From: a virus
Taxonomy: Duplodnaviria; Caudoviricetes
IMG/VR virus record: IMGVR_UViG_3300013885_000001
Span: 1-63,263 of that record
Direction: 5' to 3' (one strand)
DNA length: 63,263 nt
The position numbers were made by a program, and so were the translations under genes. Position 1 is the stretch's first letter; every line of letters starts with the position of its first letter. The notes under the pieces were generated by a model that did no database searches, was not told where the DNA came from, and saw only the letters and a program-made list of their open reading frames with translations. Positions 40,048-50,474 of the stretch are shown piece by piece.

Positions 40048-41733
40048 ATGACTGAAATTATCCTAAAGATAGGAGGTAAGAAAGTACATTTTGAGTCTCT
40101 AACATTAAAAGATGTGATTGGAGACATATCAAGCTTGACTGGTGAAGTGAGTGGGACTAATCTTGAGCTTTACGATCCAGTGGTTTTGAAAGATGGCAAT
40201 CATGAGTTGTTTAGTGGTTACTTGATAAAGACAACCACTGAAGGTGGAAGATCGAATATACTGTGTTATTCTCAAGCTTGGAGATTAAGAGGCATGATCA
40301 CTAATCTTCATATTTGGCGTTTCTTTTTCCTATATGAGTTCTTTTATGGTATGAGGAGAGAGCATGAAGATCATATAGGAGAGGGTGAAATAGGAGAGAT
40401 AACGACTGAGCAATCATTGATCAACATCCAATGGTTAGATTCAAATGATCCATATGGTGCATGGGATGATATAGTAAGGATAACTACTGGTGGTTACATT
40501 AAAGGTGTTCACGTAGTTGAAGATATGAATTTGTATCCTGAAGTATGGGATGACAACAAAAATGAACCTATAGACATAATGTATTCTCAATGGATAAAAG
40601 CGGGTCCATCAGGAGGTCCACGCAGAGGTGCCAAGCATGACTGGGATGAGATTACTTTTATGCATATGACAGATCAATCGGGTTATATGGTATATCCTTT
40701 AAGAAGAGAGTCATTTCCATATGATTCAGACTATGTCAGAATATACAATTACAATACTCTATTAGGAGAGCTATCTTATTATGTTCCATGTCTTGCTAAC
40801 GAAGATCCTAATTCTCCTATAATAGATGATCTGCCTCCGGATGAGGCACCTCACAGATACTATGCTAATGGTCTACTCTATAAAACTGGTTTAATACTAC
40901 ATCGAGATATTTCTAATGAGGTATTTTTTAAAAGTCAGATAGTCATAGAAGAGGATAATGTTCTTGATGCACTTAGAAGTTTATGCTCTCATGGTTTAGT
41001 CTGGCTACTTGGTGTTGCAAAACCATTTCAAGTACACTTTTGGCTAAATGGTAATGATCTATATGTGAAGGAAGTTAAAGATACAGTTGTTCACACCCTT
41101 AAGGATGATAATATAATGGATGCACATCTAATTAAAGACATGAGAGGCATTTCAAACAAGATTACATATGTTACTGATAGAGTAGTAGAGATACGCTATG
41201 ATGAGGAATCCATGGAAAGGTATGGTCAATATGCAGCATCAGAAGAATTAGCTTTAAGTCCAGCTGAATGCAATAAACTAATTGATCTTGAGTTTGCCTA
41301 TATGTCAAATCCTCAGGTATCATTAGAAATATCCACTACGAACAAGTTCATCAACGTTGCAGATAAGATTAGAGTTAAGAGTTCTAATCTATCAATAGAT
41401 AATGTTTATGTTGTTCGTGAGCTAACAAGGAATATCTCTCCTTATGGTGTTACCACTACTCTCTCATTGTCAGATACACCTACTACTGAAATCACACGGG
41501 TGTTATCACCTGATGAGATGAAGAGTCTATTCATTATGTATATGAATGGGGTTAAGAAAGGTTTGAAGGCTAAACATAGATCGTATGAGATGGTTAAGAT
41601 AAGAGATGGTAGAGGGACAGCTTATGGCTTTGATAGCACATCATGGTTATCTGATACAGCAAAAAACTCTTCCGGTATCTATCACGAACATAGATTTCAT
41701 CTTCCATACTCTACTCAAATAACATTCGAATGA
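40048..41733 (+). CDS. Tail tip/hub-like protein, paralog 1
   Basis: YYANGLLY, SMERYG, C-terminal HEH. Confidence 0.55.
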   Translation: MTEIILKIGGKKVHFESLTLKDVIGDISSLTGEVSGTNLELYDPVVLKDGNHELFSGYLIKTTTEGGRSNILCYSQAWRLRGMITNLHIWRFFFLYEFFYGMRREHEDHIGEGEIGEITTEQSLINIQWLDSNDPYGAWDDIVRITTGGYIKGVHVVEDMNLYPEVWDDNKNEPIDIMYSQWIKAGPSGGPRRGAKHDWDEITFMHMTDQSGYMVYPLRRESFPYDSDYVRIYNYNTLLGELSYYVPCLANEDPNSPIIDDLPPDEAPHRYYANGLLYKTGLILHRDISNEVFFKSQIVIEEDNVLDALRSLCSHGLVWLLGVAKPFQVHFWLNGNDLYVKEVKDTVVHTLKDDNIMDAHLIKDMRGISNKITYVTDRVVEIRYDEESMERYGQYAASEELALSPAECNKLIDLEFAYMSNPQVSLEISTTNKFINVADKIRVKSSNLSIDNVYVVRELTRNISPYGVTTTLSLSDTPTTEITRVLSPDEMKSLFIMYMNGVKKGLKAKHRSYEMVKIRDGRGTAYGFDSTSWLSDTAKNSSGIYHEHRFHLPYSTQITFE

Positions 41734-41755
41734 CGTATATCAACATTTTTAGAAT

Positions 41756-43345
41756 ATGGAAAACATTGGTTCTATGATACAACTTTTAATTAACGGACAA
41801 AAGTATGAATTTAAAGAGTTGCATTATAATGAAACTATAGGTGAGGTAGCAACTCTGACTGGTAAAGTTCCTAATTTGGAAGAGGACATAGACCTCAATA
41901 TGAACGTAGGGTTACTGCCATATTTCACTGGGTTTATAGTGTATTGTAAGAAAGATCCTAATTATACAGAGTTCATAGCCTATCAACACATCTACAAGTT
42001 GAAAGGATACATACCTCCTCTCGATCATTATAACAAGTTTAAGATAGATCATATATTTAATGGGATACAAGATAAAGATTTAGGAACTATAGAGTTTGAT
42101 CCTCATGAGGCAAGAGTTGGAATAACTAAAACTAGAGCTGGAGATGAGTTCAATAATAAGAGAAGTGCTATCTTAGTAGGAACTATAAAAGATGGTATTA
42201 TCAGAGAACGTATTAGTTTAAGAAGCCATTTTGAAGAGGATTCAGAGAAATTTGAAGCCTACAGTAAATACAATGAAGGTATGGCTTGTAATCCCCATTG
42301 GATGAGAGATAGTTGGAACAGTATATTTTCATGGCATATAGAGGACGAGCATAACAGACCTGTAGCCTTATCAGGAATTACATATTTGAAGCAGTTTAGT
42401 GATACATGTGGATCTGCTACTACTCTTTGCTCAATGGGTACTGGACAGACATTTGCAGCTACACAAGATAGCAATGGGCACTACTCTAATGGATTGCTCT
42501 ATAATACACCTTTCACAGTTAGCCTTGATATAGATTCTAATATTAGATCAACTGGCTACTACCATGTGAAAGGGACAAACATACTTGAGATCATCCAGCA
42601 GATATGCAAAGGACCTGTTTATACGTTAGATGATTTTCAGATGTTTCAAGCTCGTATGTGGATGGATAATAACACCATATATTTGAGACAGAGAGATGAA
42701 AAGGTAAATGAAACATTGAGGTTTAATAAGGAGATACTAAGTTATAAACGTTCTATTAGTATAAGTCAGTTAACAAACTCAGTTGGCATCATCACCAATA
42801 AGAATGTTATCTCAAGAACAAACGATATCTCTATAGATAAATATGGTAAGTTTGAATCGATTATGGAGATGCCTCTTGATGATAATGATGCGTATGTATT
42901 AGCAAAGAGAAACATTAGCATGTATTCAACACCTGAAGATGTCCTTACTGTTACCACTCACAAAGATTTGTCTCTTGGTAATAAAGTTTACATTCCTGAT
43001 TTAGGTTACTATACAGTTCAAGAAGTCACTAAGGACATATACGGTAGTGGTAAAACAATAAATGAGATTGTTCTTAGTGAGTATATACCTTATGAAAAGT
43101 GGTTTGAGATTATGCAGAAGAGAAAGAGTATGGACTTTCTATTTAGGATCTATCTAAGAGGTGGATCTAAGAAGTTGAGTAGTAAACACAAAAATTATGA
43201 GTTGTTTAAGGTTCTCAGAGGTAACAAGCATCTCATTACTTGGGATTCAATATCTAGCAGAAGGTTCACTACTTCAACAGTTGATGATCATTCCCATAAT
43301 ATAGACGTTGGAGTCGGGAATGCTATAGGGTTTGATCAAGTATGA
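41756..43345 (+). CDS. Tail tip/hub-like protein, paralog 2
   Basis: HYSNGLLY, SIDKYG, C-terminal HSH. Confidence 0.55.
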   Translation: MENIGSMIQLLINGQKYEFKELHYNETIGEVATLTGKVPNLEEDIDLNMNVGLLPYFTGFIVYCKKDPNYTEFIAYQHIYKLKGYIPPLDHYNKFKIDHIFNGIQDKDLGTIEFDPHEARVGITKTRAGDEFNNKRSAILVGTIKDGIIRERISLRSHFEEDSEKFEAYSKYNEGMACNPHWMRDSWNSIFSWHIEDEHNRPVALSGITYLKQFSDTCGSATTLCSMGTGQTFAATQDSNGHYSNGLLYNTPFTVSLDIDSNIRSTGYYHVKGTNILEIIQQICKGPVYTLDDFQMFQARMWMDNNTIYLRQRDEKVNETLRFNKEILSYKRSISISQLTNSVGIITNKNVISRTNDISIDKYGKFESIMEMPLDDNDAYVLAKRNISMYSTPEDVLTVTTHKDLSLGNKVYIPDLGYYTVQEVTKDIYGSGKTINEIVLSEYIPYEKWFEIMQKRKSMDFLFRIYLRGGSKKLSSKHKNYELFKVLRGNKHLITWDSISSRRFTTSTVDDHSHNIDVGVGNAIGFDQV

Positions 43346-44889
43346 GACTCTTAGTTAATAGTGAGGAATTGGAATATATTAGCTTAAACTTACATGAAGC
43401 AATAGCTCGGGTATCTACCTTAGAATGTAAAACTAAAAAGGAGGTAAAAGTAAACTCTAAAGTGATTGTTCCTTATTACTTTGAAGGTATAATAGTTAGT
43501 GTTGAGGAAGATAATGGTATCTTTAACTTCATAGCCTTTGAGAACACATGGAAATTACAAGGTATTCCTTCAAGACTGGATCATTATACACAATGGAAGT
43601 TAGATCATATTTTAAATGGTTACGCAACTACTGAGCTACATAAGACATTCTATGACTCAACACCTAAGATTAATGTTCGATGGTATGGTCTCAGTGGGAA
43701 AGCAGTCTTAACGGGAATTATAAACGGAGTGCACGTTGTAGAATATTTAAGTTTAGTAGAGACAACTGATGGAAAGTTGAGGAAATCAAGATGGTGCACA
43801 GATGCTAACTATGTTCCTGAACCAGCTGATATAGGATGGCATGAAATCACTGGATTTCATGTAGAAGGAAATGATAATAAACCAATTGAAAATATTAGTA
43901 GTGCGTATGCCACATTATATAACTCCAGCACATCGATTTTGAAGCTTAGTGGAACAAATTATATGGCTGCACATTCAGATGGTAAAGGTCATTATAGCAA
44001 TGGGATACTCTATGACACTGACTATTCAGTCAACTATCAGGTTGATGATCAAGTGTTAGACTTAGCCAAATTTGAAGTATCTGGCGAGACTGCTCTTGAT
44101 ATCTTGGAGAATATATGTGAAGGTCCTATGTATTCGTATAACGATGTTCATCCATTCAAAGCATCCTTTTATACGAGAGGGAACACTATGTACATTAGAC
44201 AGGCTGGTCATAAGCTAAAAGAGATATTTAGAGAAGATGAGGAGATTGGATCTTATACTTACGATATGAGCATCGAGAACTTAGTAAATAAATTCTCTGT
44301 AGTGACAAATAGAAATGTTAGTAGCAAGTCAAATGATGCATCCATTAGTAAGTATGGTTTGTTTGAGAAGATAGAGGATGCAGGACTTGATGATGAGGAG
44401 GCAAGACGTTTAATTGAGTATAACATAAGTAGGTTCTCTATGCCTGAAGAAGAGTTAAGCATAACTACTCACAACAAAAGGATATTCACTGGTGATAAGA
44501 TATATGTGGATATACCATCTTTAGGTATTAAAGGGTATAAAACAGTTCAGGAGATCGATAGAAGTTTCAGTAGTTGCTCAGATGACATAGAGATGATTGT
44601 AAGACTAACCGAATATACACCAGTTAAGAAACTACTTGAAAAGAGAGCTAATGCCAGACATCTGTTTTACCTTGATGAGATATTTGTTAGAGGAGCTAAA
44701 AAACTGCTACAGAGACATCTTAGTTCTGATTTTATAGAGTTTCTATCAGGTGATAAACCAAGCGGACCGAGATTTATAGTTGCATCCGCAATACTATTTA
44801 AAGGTGCAGTGCCTACTACCACAAATGAGGCGCATGCCCATACCATAGAATGGGATGTTACTAAAGGATCTTCCATAGATCTCACTTGA
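43342..44889 (+). CDS. Tail tip/hub-like protein, paralog 3
   Basis: HYSNGILY, SISKYG, C-terminal HAH. Confidence 0.55.
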   Translation: MRLLVNSEELEYISLNLHEAIARVSTLECKTKKEVKVNSKVIVPYYFEGIIVSVEEDNGIFNFIAFENTWKLQGIPSRLDHYTQWKLDHILNGYATTELHKTFYDSTPKINVRWYGLSGKAVLTGIINGVHVVEYLSLVETTDGKLRKSRWCTDANYVPEPADIGWHEITGFHVEGNDNKPIENISSAYATLYNSSTSILKLSGTNYMAAHSDGKGHYSNGILYDTDYSVNYQVDDQVLDLAKFEVSGETALDILENICEGPMYSYNDVHPFKASFYTRGNTMYIRQAGHKLKEIFREDEEIGSYTYDMSIENLVNKFSVVTNRNVSSKSNDASISKYGLFEKIEDAGLDDEEARRLIEYNISRFSMPEEELSITTHNKRIFTGDKIYVDIPSLGIKGYKTVQEIDRSFSSCSDDIEMIVRLTEYTPVKKLLEKRANARHLFYLDEIFVRGAKKLLQRHLSSDFIEFLSGDKPSGPRFIVASAILFKGAVPTTTNEAHAHTIEWDVTKGSSIDLT

Positions 44890-44890
44890 T

Positions 44891-45070
44891 ATGGTTCACT
44901 ATATCAATGGTAGGGAGCATAGCATGATATGCTTAAGGAATGTTAATGATAAGAGGTCGGCATTAAGAGAAGCTATGAGAATAGCCAAACTTAGGGGTTG
45001 GATACTCATAGGTGTTAGAGAGGAAAATAAATGTCCGTATGGCTGGTCAGCTTTATTTAAGAAACTATGA
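44891..45070 (+). CDS. 59-aa hypothetical protein (not in ORF track)
   Basis: MVHYINGREH...LFKKL fills the gap on the coding strand. Confidence 0.4.
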   Translation: MVHYINGREHSMICLRNVNDKRSALREAMRIAKLRGWILIGVREENKCPYGWSALFKKL

Positions 45071-45122
45071 ATTTCTATTAGCTTCAGAGTATGATGATGC
45101 AAGTTATTCAGGAGGTTAGATT

Positions 45123-46109
45123 ATGCCATTAAAAGAGATAACAATATCAATAGCAACTGGATATGATGATGCACAAGAAAAGAATAGCACTTGGGAACCG
45201 AGTGAGACTACTCTTACTTTTGGTTACACTGGCGGTATTATCTTTATCTTAGGTAAACCATACAGATCTTTCTTACGGTTTCAGCTACCTATTGAAAAGG
45301 ATGCTATTATCGTAAGTGCTAAACTTAAATTCTACAGCCAAGTAGCTAATGCAGAGACTTTTACTTGTAATATAGACGTATATGATACAGATGACATGCC
45401 AAGTTTAGAGACTGCTCCTACAGTTCCTCTATGGAATAATCCTGTTCCATATACTCCAGAAGCTTGGGAAGTTGATACTTGGTATGAGTCTCCAGATATT
45501 AAAACACTTGTCCAACATATAGTTAATAGAACTGGCTGGGTTAAGAATAACCATATTGGATTTAAGATAGATGAAGGTAATGCTGCTAAAGGTGCATTCA
45601 GAGAGTTTTATGCTTATGAAGGATCTACTGTAAACTGTGCTCAGTTATATGTTAAATACTCTGAAAAGAAAGAGACCTTAGATGCCACTTGTAATATACA
45701 GACAACATTTCACTCATCATCATCAGTTGATTCATTAGTTCAAACGACTGAATATGAGACATTAGAGACAACCAGTGCTATTAAAAAAGAGAATCTTCAA
45801 CTGTCTGTAATGTCTGATGCATTGATTTTGAACACCTTAGTGATTTATCCTTATGAGTCTCTTGTTGTTAAGAGGTCAGTAGAGATGGCTGAGACAATTC
45901 CTAAGTATACTCATCCACTTTATATCAGTATTGAAACCAGATATCAAAACATTCCAGATTATATTAACAGAGATTATTACTTCTATATTAAGATACCTAC
46001 TGAAGATGACTATAGGCTATGTAAATGTGTAAGTTGTAGGGAGGTTAATTATGACATTAGGAAAGCATATCAACTTACACTTGTAGAGGTTAAGCTAATA
46101 GGAGGGTGA
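45123..46109 (+). CDS. Putative adhesin/fibre protein, paralog of 27936
   Basis: YDDAQE, FLRFQLPI, WYESPDIKTLVQHIVNRTGWVKNNHIGF. Confidence 0.6.
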   Translation: MPLKEITISIATGYDDAQEKNSTWEPSETTLTFGYTGGIIFILGKPYRSFLRFQLPIEKDAIIVSAKLKFYSQVANAETFTCNIDVYDTDDMPSLETAPTVPLWNNPVPYTPEAWEVDTWYESPDIKTLVQHIVNRTGWVKNNHIGFKIDEGNAAKGAFREFYAYEGSTVNCAQLYVKYSEKKETLDATCNIQTTFHSSSSVDSLVQTTEYETLETTSAIKKENLQLSVMSDALILNTLVIYPYESLVVKRSVEMAETIPKYTHPLYISIETRYQNIPDYINRDYYFYIKIPTEDDYRLCKCVSCREVNYDIRKAYQLTLVEVKLIGG

Positions 46110-46112
46110 TAA

Positions 46113-46439
46113 GTGAGTTACACAAACTTAGATGATGTAAAATCTCTTCTTAATATTAAAGTTGCTGATTATGATTTACAGATAGAGAAGTGTATACAAG
46201 ATGCTGATGTTTGGGTGGATAATAACTTCATAAACTTCTCTCCTGATATTAGTCTAAAGAGGACTATAGCTCGGTTATATGCAGCATACTTGTTTAGGAC
46301 TTCAACATTTGAAAACTATACAGAAGAGGGATCATCTTTAGCTAATGAGCTTAAGAGAGAGGCAGAAAATTTAGTGAGAATCTATAAGAGAGCTCATTCC
46401 ATGCATATGAAAAAAGTAAAAGCATTAAGGATACGCTAA
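46113..46439 (+). CDS. Head-tail connector (gp6/gp15-like)
   Basis: YTNLDDVKSLL...IQDADVWVD. Confidence 0.6.
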   Translation: MSYTNLDDVKSLLNIKVADYDLQIEKCIQDADVWVDNNFINFSPDISLKRTIARLYAAYLFRTSTFENYTEEGSSLANELKREAENLVRIYKRAHSMHMKKVKALRIR

Positions 46440-46491
46440 TTGTGGTGTGTAGATTTATCTCTATCAATAAAAAAAGAGAGGAAGGAGAAAT

Positions 46492-46878
46492 TTATTCTAT
46501 ATAGTCGTCCTCATCCATCTCTTCGTATAGCCATAATAGCTCGTTGGCTACTTGGTCAATCATCCAGAAAACCAGCTTTTCTACCAACTGATATGTGGTT
46601 TTGATAGTTTCACCAGATGTCTCTCTTGCTAAGAAATCAAAGATATTTTCACACTCATCTAATCTTGTCATATCTATTGCTTTCTGCATGATATCATATT
46701 GGTATTTAACAAACAGCTCTGTTATCTCATCTCTATTTAATATACCAGAGAATATGGATTCTGCTCCATACTCAACTATATCTCGCAGATCCACATCACA
46801 CAAGTCACCAATACCACACCTCTCACTTAGCCAGTCCTTAAACGAAATCTCATCAATACTAAAACTTTGTACTACCAT
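46492..46878 (-). CDS. Small acidic protein, possible Ocr-like DNA mimic
   Basis: About 31 D/E versus 10 K/R; acidic tail EEMDEDDYIE; own promoter motif. Confidence 0.45.
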   Translation of the reverse strand: MVVQSFSIDEISFKDWLSERCGIGDLCDVDLRDIVEYGAESIFSGILNRDEITELFVKYQYDIMQKAIDMTRLDECENIFDFLARETSGETIKTTYQLVEKLVFWMIDQVANELLWLYEEMDEDDYIE

Positions 46879-46894
46879 TTTTTGTCATCTCCAC

Positions 46895-46914
46895 ATATTG
46901 TTTAAGAGTTTTCT
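46895..46914 (-). promoter_or_regulatory. Conserved viral promoter-like motif
   Basis: Reverse complement AGAAAACTCTTAAACAATAT. Confidence 0.75.
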
Positions 46915-47060
46915 TAAGAATCTCACTCCTTCATAACCAATCATATAAGAAGCATAGACGGCATTTAAACGTTAACTAAATAGCCATCTAATGTTTCTAT
47001 ATTAGGATCATATTTACCTTCTCATATTCTCTTTAATTTCATCTAATCCAATCATATTTT

Positions 47061-47798
47061 TCAGTACCCTTCAACTCTTGGAGCTAATAGATACTCTATC
47101 TCACCAAAGTAGTATTTCGATCTCACAGATATAGGCATATCATTACCTAAGTTAATAGTAACAGGTCCTGCATCCCGAAGCCCCTTAACTATATTCACTA
47201 GATAACCAGCATCGAATTTAGATTTAACTTCCATCTTCTTCTTCTTCTCTCCCTCAACAGTAAGCTCCAAGCCATCTTCTTTATCCATCTCATATTCAAC
47301 TTCTGTGAACACCGATGCACTACTTATCTTAAGCTTATCATCCGCAACATGGAAGATTACATCATCACTTACTGAACAGGCTGCATTAACAGCTTCTGTA
47401 AAATCACTCCTCTCCATAGTCACACTTACAGGGAGGTCGAGTGATAATAGTTTCTTTAGTTTTCTTATTGTATCCAGTCTTACTTCACTCAAAGTATACC
47501 TTAACTTACTCTGATAGAATACAATCTTACCATCTAACTTCTCTATTACTATAGGCTCATTCTTCTTAGCATTCTTAACTATATTTGTCACCTGCCTGAG
47601 ATCTACACCAACAGATCCTATTGCTTCATAATCATCAAATGCATCCTTTAAGATGCCTATAGACGCCATACATACATATGCATTATCTATTATTCTCGAT
47701 TGAACACCCTTATCATCACTGTCTATCCTTACTTCATCCGCAAGCCAAGAGACCGCTTTAGTAAATACATCTACTACATTGGCACTAATTCTTAACAT
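47061..47798 (-). CDS. pcn: PCNA sliding clamp
   Basis: 245 aa; SVGVDL, LGNDMPI, EYLLAPRVE. Confidence 0.9.
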   Translation of the reverse strand: MLRISANVVDVFTKAVSWLADEVRIDSDDKGVQSRIIDNAYVCMASIGILKDAFDDYEAIGSVGVDLRQVTNIVKNAKKNEPIVIEKLDGKIVFYQSKLRYTLSEVRLDTIRKLKKLLSLDLPVSVTMERSDFTEAVNAACSVSDDVIFHVADDKLKISSASVFTEVEYEMDKEDGLELTVEGEKKKKMEVKSKFDAGYLVNIVKGLRDAGPVTINLGNDMPISVRSKYYFGEIEYLLAPRVEGY

Positions 47799-48586
47799 CC
47801 AAACACCACCTCCTTACTTAAACATACCTTTGCTTTAAAACCCAAATCCCTCTCGGTTTTAGTTGTATCTGCACACGTTCTATAAACATACTTCTCTATA
47901 GGGTTATCAATATATCTACATCTACAGTCTGTAAGTTTGGCTATCTCATTAAATGATGTCTCAACACCCGTCCCTACATTATACACACCCCGTTTATCAC
48001 TCTCTCCTGCTATGATAAATGCTCTTACTACATCATCCACATGTATAAAATCTCTTGTTTGAGTCCCATCACCATATATCTCAAAGTAGCCTTTCTTCAT
48101 TTGAGTGATAACATTAGCATACTTACCTTTAGCCTCATCTCCACCATACACCGAGAACAGTCTTAAGCAGATGCTATCTAAGTCTTTGGACATCAATTCG
48201 ATGTTATATCTGCTTAGTGTGTAGTAATCAAATGGCTCTACTTTAAATGATTCATTGTTGGGAATGGGACACTTTCTATAAAGAGATGAAGTTGATGCTA
48301 TAACCAATCGAGGATATACGATCTCACAATATTCCTTAATTATGTCAAAATCTCTAATCACCTGACAAAATGAAGTGACATTATGATCCATCATGGGTGC
48401 TGATGACGGCATACCAAGATGGTATATTATATCAAAATGATTTTGTAATGAGCTCAAGACACTCTCAATTGAATTCATCTTTATATCAGCTATCTCAACA
48501 TTATTATCCTTCTTAAGCTCTGATACCAACCTCGAGCCTATAAACCCCAACCCACCTGTAACTAATATGTTTTTACCTCTTAACAT
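47792..48586 (-). CDS. NAD-dependent epimerase/dehydratase
   Basis: TGGLGFIG, YGDGTQTRDFIHVDD, YNVGTG. Confidence 0.9.
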   Translation of the reverse strand: MLRGKNILVTGGLGFIGSRLVSELKKDNNVEIADIKMNSIESVLSSLQNHFDIIYHLGMPSSAPMMDHNVTSFCQVIRDFDIIKEYCEIVYPRLVIASTSSLYRKCPIPNNESFKVEPFDYYTLSRYNIELMSKDLDSICLRLFSVYGGDEAKGKYANVITQMKKGYFEIYGDGTQTRDFIHVDDVVRAFIIAGESDKRGVYNVGTGVETSFNEIAKLTDCRCRYIDNPIEKYVYRTCADTTKTERDLGFKAKVCLSKEVVFGC

Positions 48587-48947
48587 CTCTATTCCTCACA
48601 AGCACAGTTTCATACTTCTCAATCTCACTCAGTAAACTATCTTTATCAACCGCACTTCGTAAGATCTCGTTGTTCTCATCTTTATGCAATATCAGGACTT
48701 TGTTCTCATTATGGTTTAGTATAAACATAGGTGTTCTCACTAATGATAGCAATTTAGCAAATGCCACTTTATCCATCTCTTTAATAGAACAATCATACGG
48801 TAGCCCTAACTCAATGCTTTTTAGGTCTTCTTTTCTATCAGGAAAAACATACTTCCCATTTGGCAGTCTGCTCATGATCTTGCCTCCTTTCTTATAAAAG
48901 TAAAGGATCTCTCTTTTGTTGAATAACTCCTTATTCATATCCTCCAC
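48573..48947 (-). CDS. Hypothetical protein
   Basis: Coupled ORF in the minus-strand operon. Confidence 0.6.
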   Translation of the reverse strand: MEDMNKELFNKREILYFYKKGGKIMSRLPNGKYVFPDRKEDLKSIELGLPYDCSIKEMDKVAFAKLLSLVRTPMFILNHNENKVLILHKDENNEILRSAVDKDSLLSEIEKYETVLVRNRDVKR

Positions 48948-49582
48948 CTAATATCACCTCCTTGTATAATACACTCAACATCCTTAAGATCTCTCTCATA
49001 GATATGTGCTGATACACTTAGTATATTAATACCACCAGACGAAACAGATAGCTCGTTTGCCACATAATCCTGTAATCTTGAAAGTGCATGAACATTATAT
49101 GGATACGCACCATAGAAATCATGTGATCTAAACACTGATGTCATCTCCAAGATTGAATTTCTTAGCTTAAAATCCACCATAATCAAGCAAGGAGATTCAC
49201 TGCTGGTTAAATCTACCTTAGGCATCCAAGTGGTAGCAGTTCCTCTTTTTGATGTTCTGTTATGCTTGAGCTTGTTTATTATTAGTTGTATCTGATCAAC
49301 ATCTCTCCTAAGCCTCTCTCCATATGTATAGATAAATCCCTTATTATCAGGATTTAACAATTGATCCTCATACTCTCTAAGCATTTGATGTCGTAAACTG
49401 GGATACTCGTCATGTGGATATTCAATCCTGGTTGCTAAATTTAATATCTCTCTTATAGTGTATCTTCTATCTCTAACATCCAGCCCATAGTCCATAATAA
49501 GCTTTAGTCCTCTTAACCAAACATCATTCACTGATCGTCCTCTTATAAACCGACCTACCTTATAGGTTACATCCATATTCAT
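48935..49582 (-). CDS. thyA: Thymidylate synthase (archaeal ThyA-like)
   Basis: YTYGERL, PCL, FRSHD..GAYPYN, SAHIYE. Confidence 0.85.
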   Translation of the reverse strand: MNMDVTYKVGRFIRGRSVNDVWLRGLKLIMDYGLDVRDRRYTIREILNLATRIEYPHDEYPSLRHQMLREYEDQLLNPDNKGFIYTYGERLRRDVDQIQLIINKLKHNRTSKRGTATTWMPKVDLTSSESPCLIMVDFKLRNSILEMTSVFRSHDFYGAYPYNVHALSRLQDYVANELSVSSGGINILSVSAHIYERDLKDVECIIQGGDIRWRI

Positions 49583-49736
49583 CCCTCTATTCTTCTGTTA
49601 GTCTATCTAAAGATTCTATATCTTTTTCGATCACTTCCTTCAAGAGTCTAATCGTCTATCACCACTATATCCAGAACAATATTGGAATAAAAATAATAAA
49701 AAGAAAGAAAAATAATGTTTCGTGTGTAGACAACAT

Positions 49737-50036
49737 TTATATCATCTCTCCAAGATCTTCAATATACCTCCTGGCTTGTTCAAGACTTGAAAAAAGTTGA
49801 AACATCTCATCTTTCTTAAACGTAGATCCATCATCCCTGGACTCGACAAACACCACACTATATAAAGGACCGTATCTTTTCGCCTCATAGACTCCCTCAG
49901 TTATCATGTAAGCAGTGTTTCCATTCAGCATCCCAATCTCCACGATATGTAACCTTAGATGGTATATGCATGTCTCTCCAAAGTGTCGATATATTATCTC
50001 CTCAGCTCTTGTTTTCTCAATGTCCAATGCGTTCAT
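49737..50036 (-). CDS. Hypothetical protein
   Basis: GGTGA RBS; followed by a T-rich tract on the minus strand. Confidence 0.6.
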   Translation of the reverse strand: MNALDIEKTRAEEIIYRHFGETCIYHLRLHIVEIGMLNGNTAYMITEGVYEAKRYGPLYSVVFVESRDDGSTFKKDEMFQLFSSLEQARRYIEDLGEMI

Positions 50037-50054
50037 AATGTATCACCCACTGAA

Positions 50055-50276
50055 TTAAGCACACATCATCTCTGTTAGCTGTATAATGTATTCACAAAAT
50101 CCTTTTCCACCAAAGCATACTATGTTGTAGGCTTCAGCCCAAGCGGTTACACTAAAGCAAGTTCCGCACGTTTCCACAAACGTTTGAGCCAATATTCCCA
50201 TAGCATCTTCTCCACTCAAAAGCCTGTCTAAATCCGACTTTAGTCTTCTTAAGAACACTCTTCTCAACTTTGTCAT
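50055..50276 (-). CDS. Hypothetical protein
   Basis: GGAGGTGA RBS. Confidence 0.55.
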   Translation of the reverse strand: MTKLRRVFLRRLKSDLDRLLSGEDAMGILAQTFVETCGTCFSVTAWAEAYNIVCFGGKGFCEYIIQLTEMMCA

Positions 50277-50279
50277 TAT

Positions 50280-50459
50280 TTACTCACCTCCTACTTTTCT
50301 TATTCTACATCTTACACATCTTACCCCACTTAATGACTCTCGCTCTATGGTATTCCAAGAGCAATCTCTTGTTACATACTTAATAACCCACTCTAACTCT
50401 TTGTCACTTATCTCATCAAATACGTGTCTAACACCATCCAAACTTTGTCTGTTATCCAT
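50280..50459 (-). CDS. Small hypothetical protein (start MDNRQ)
   Basis: Start placed downstream of the promoter motif at 50475-50494. Confidence 0.5.
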   Translation of the reverse strand: MDNRQSLDGVRHVFDEISDKELEWVIKYVTRDCSWNTIERESLSGVRCVRCRIRKVGGE

Positions 50460-50474
50460 TTTTACATCCTCCAT

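Noticed and set aside
27936-46109. Diversity-generating retroelement acting on adhesins
   Set aside because: No reverse transcriptase and no template/variable repeat pair seen
48935-49582. dCMP hydroxymethylase feeding DNA glycosylation by the GT cluster
   Set aside because: It has Asn (GAYPYN) at the position associated with dUMP specificity, and the GTs sit among structural genes; not fully excluded
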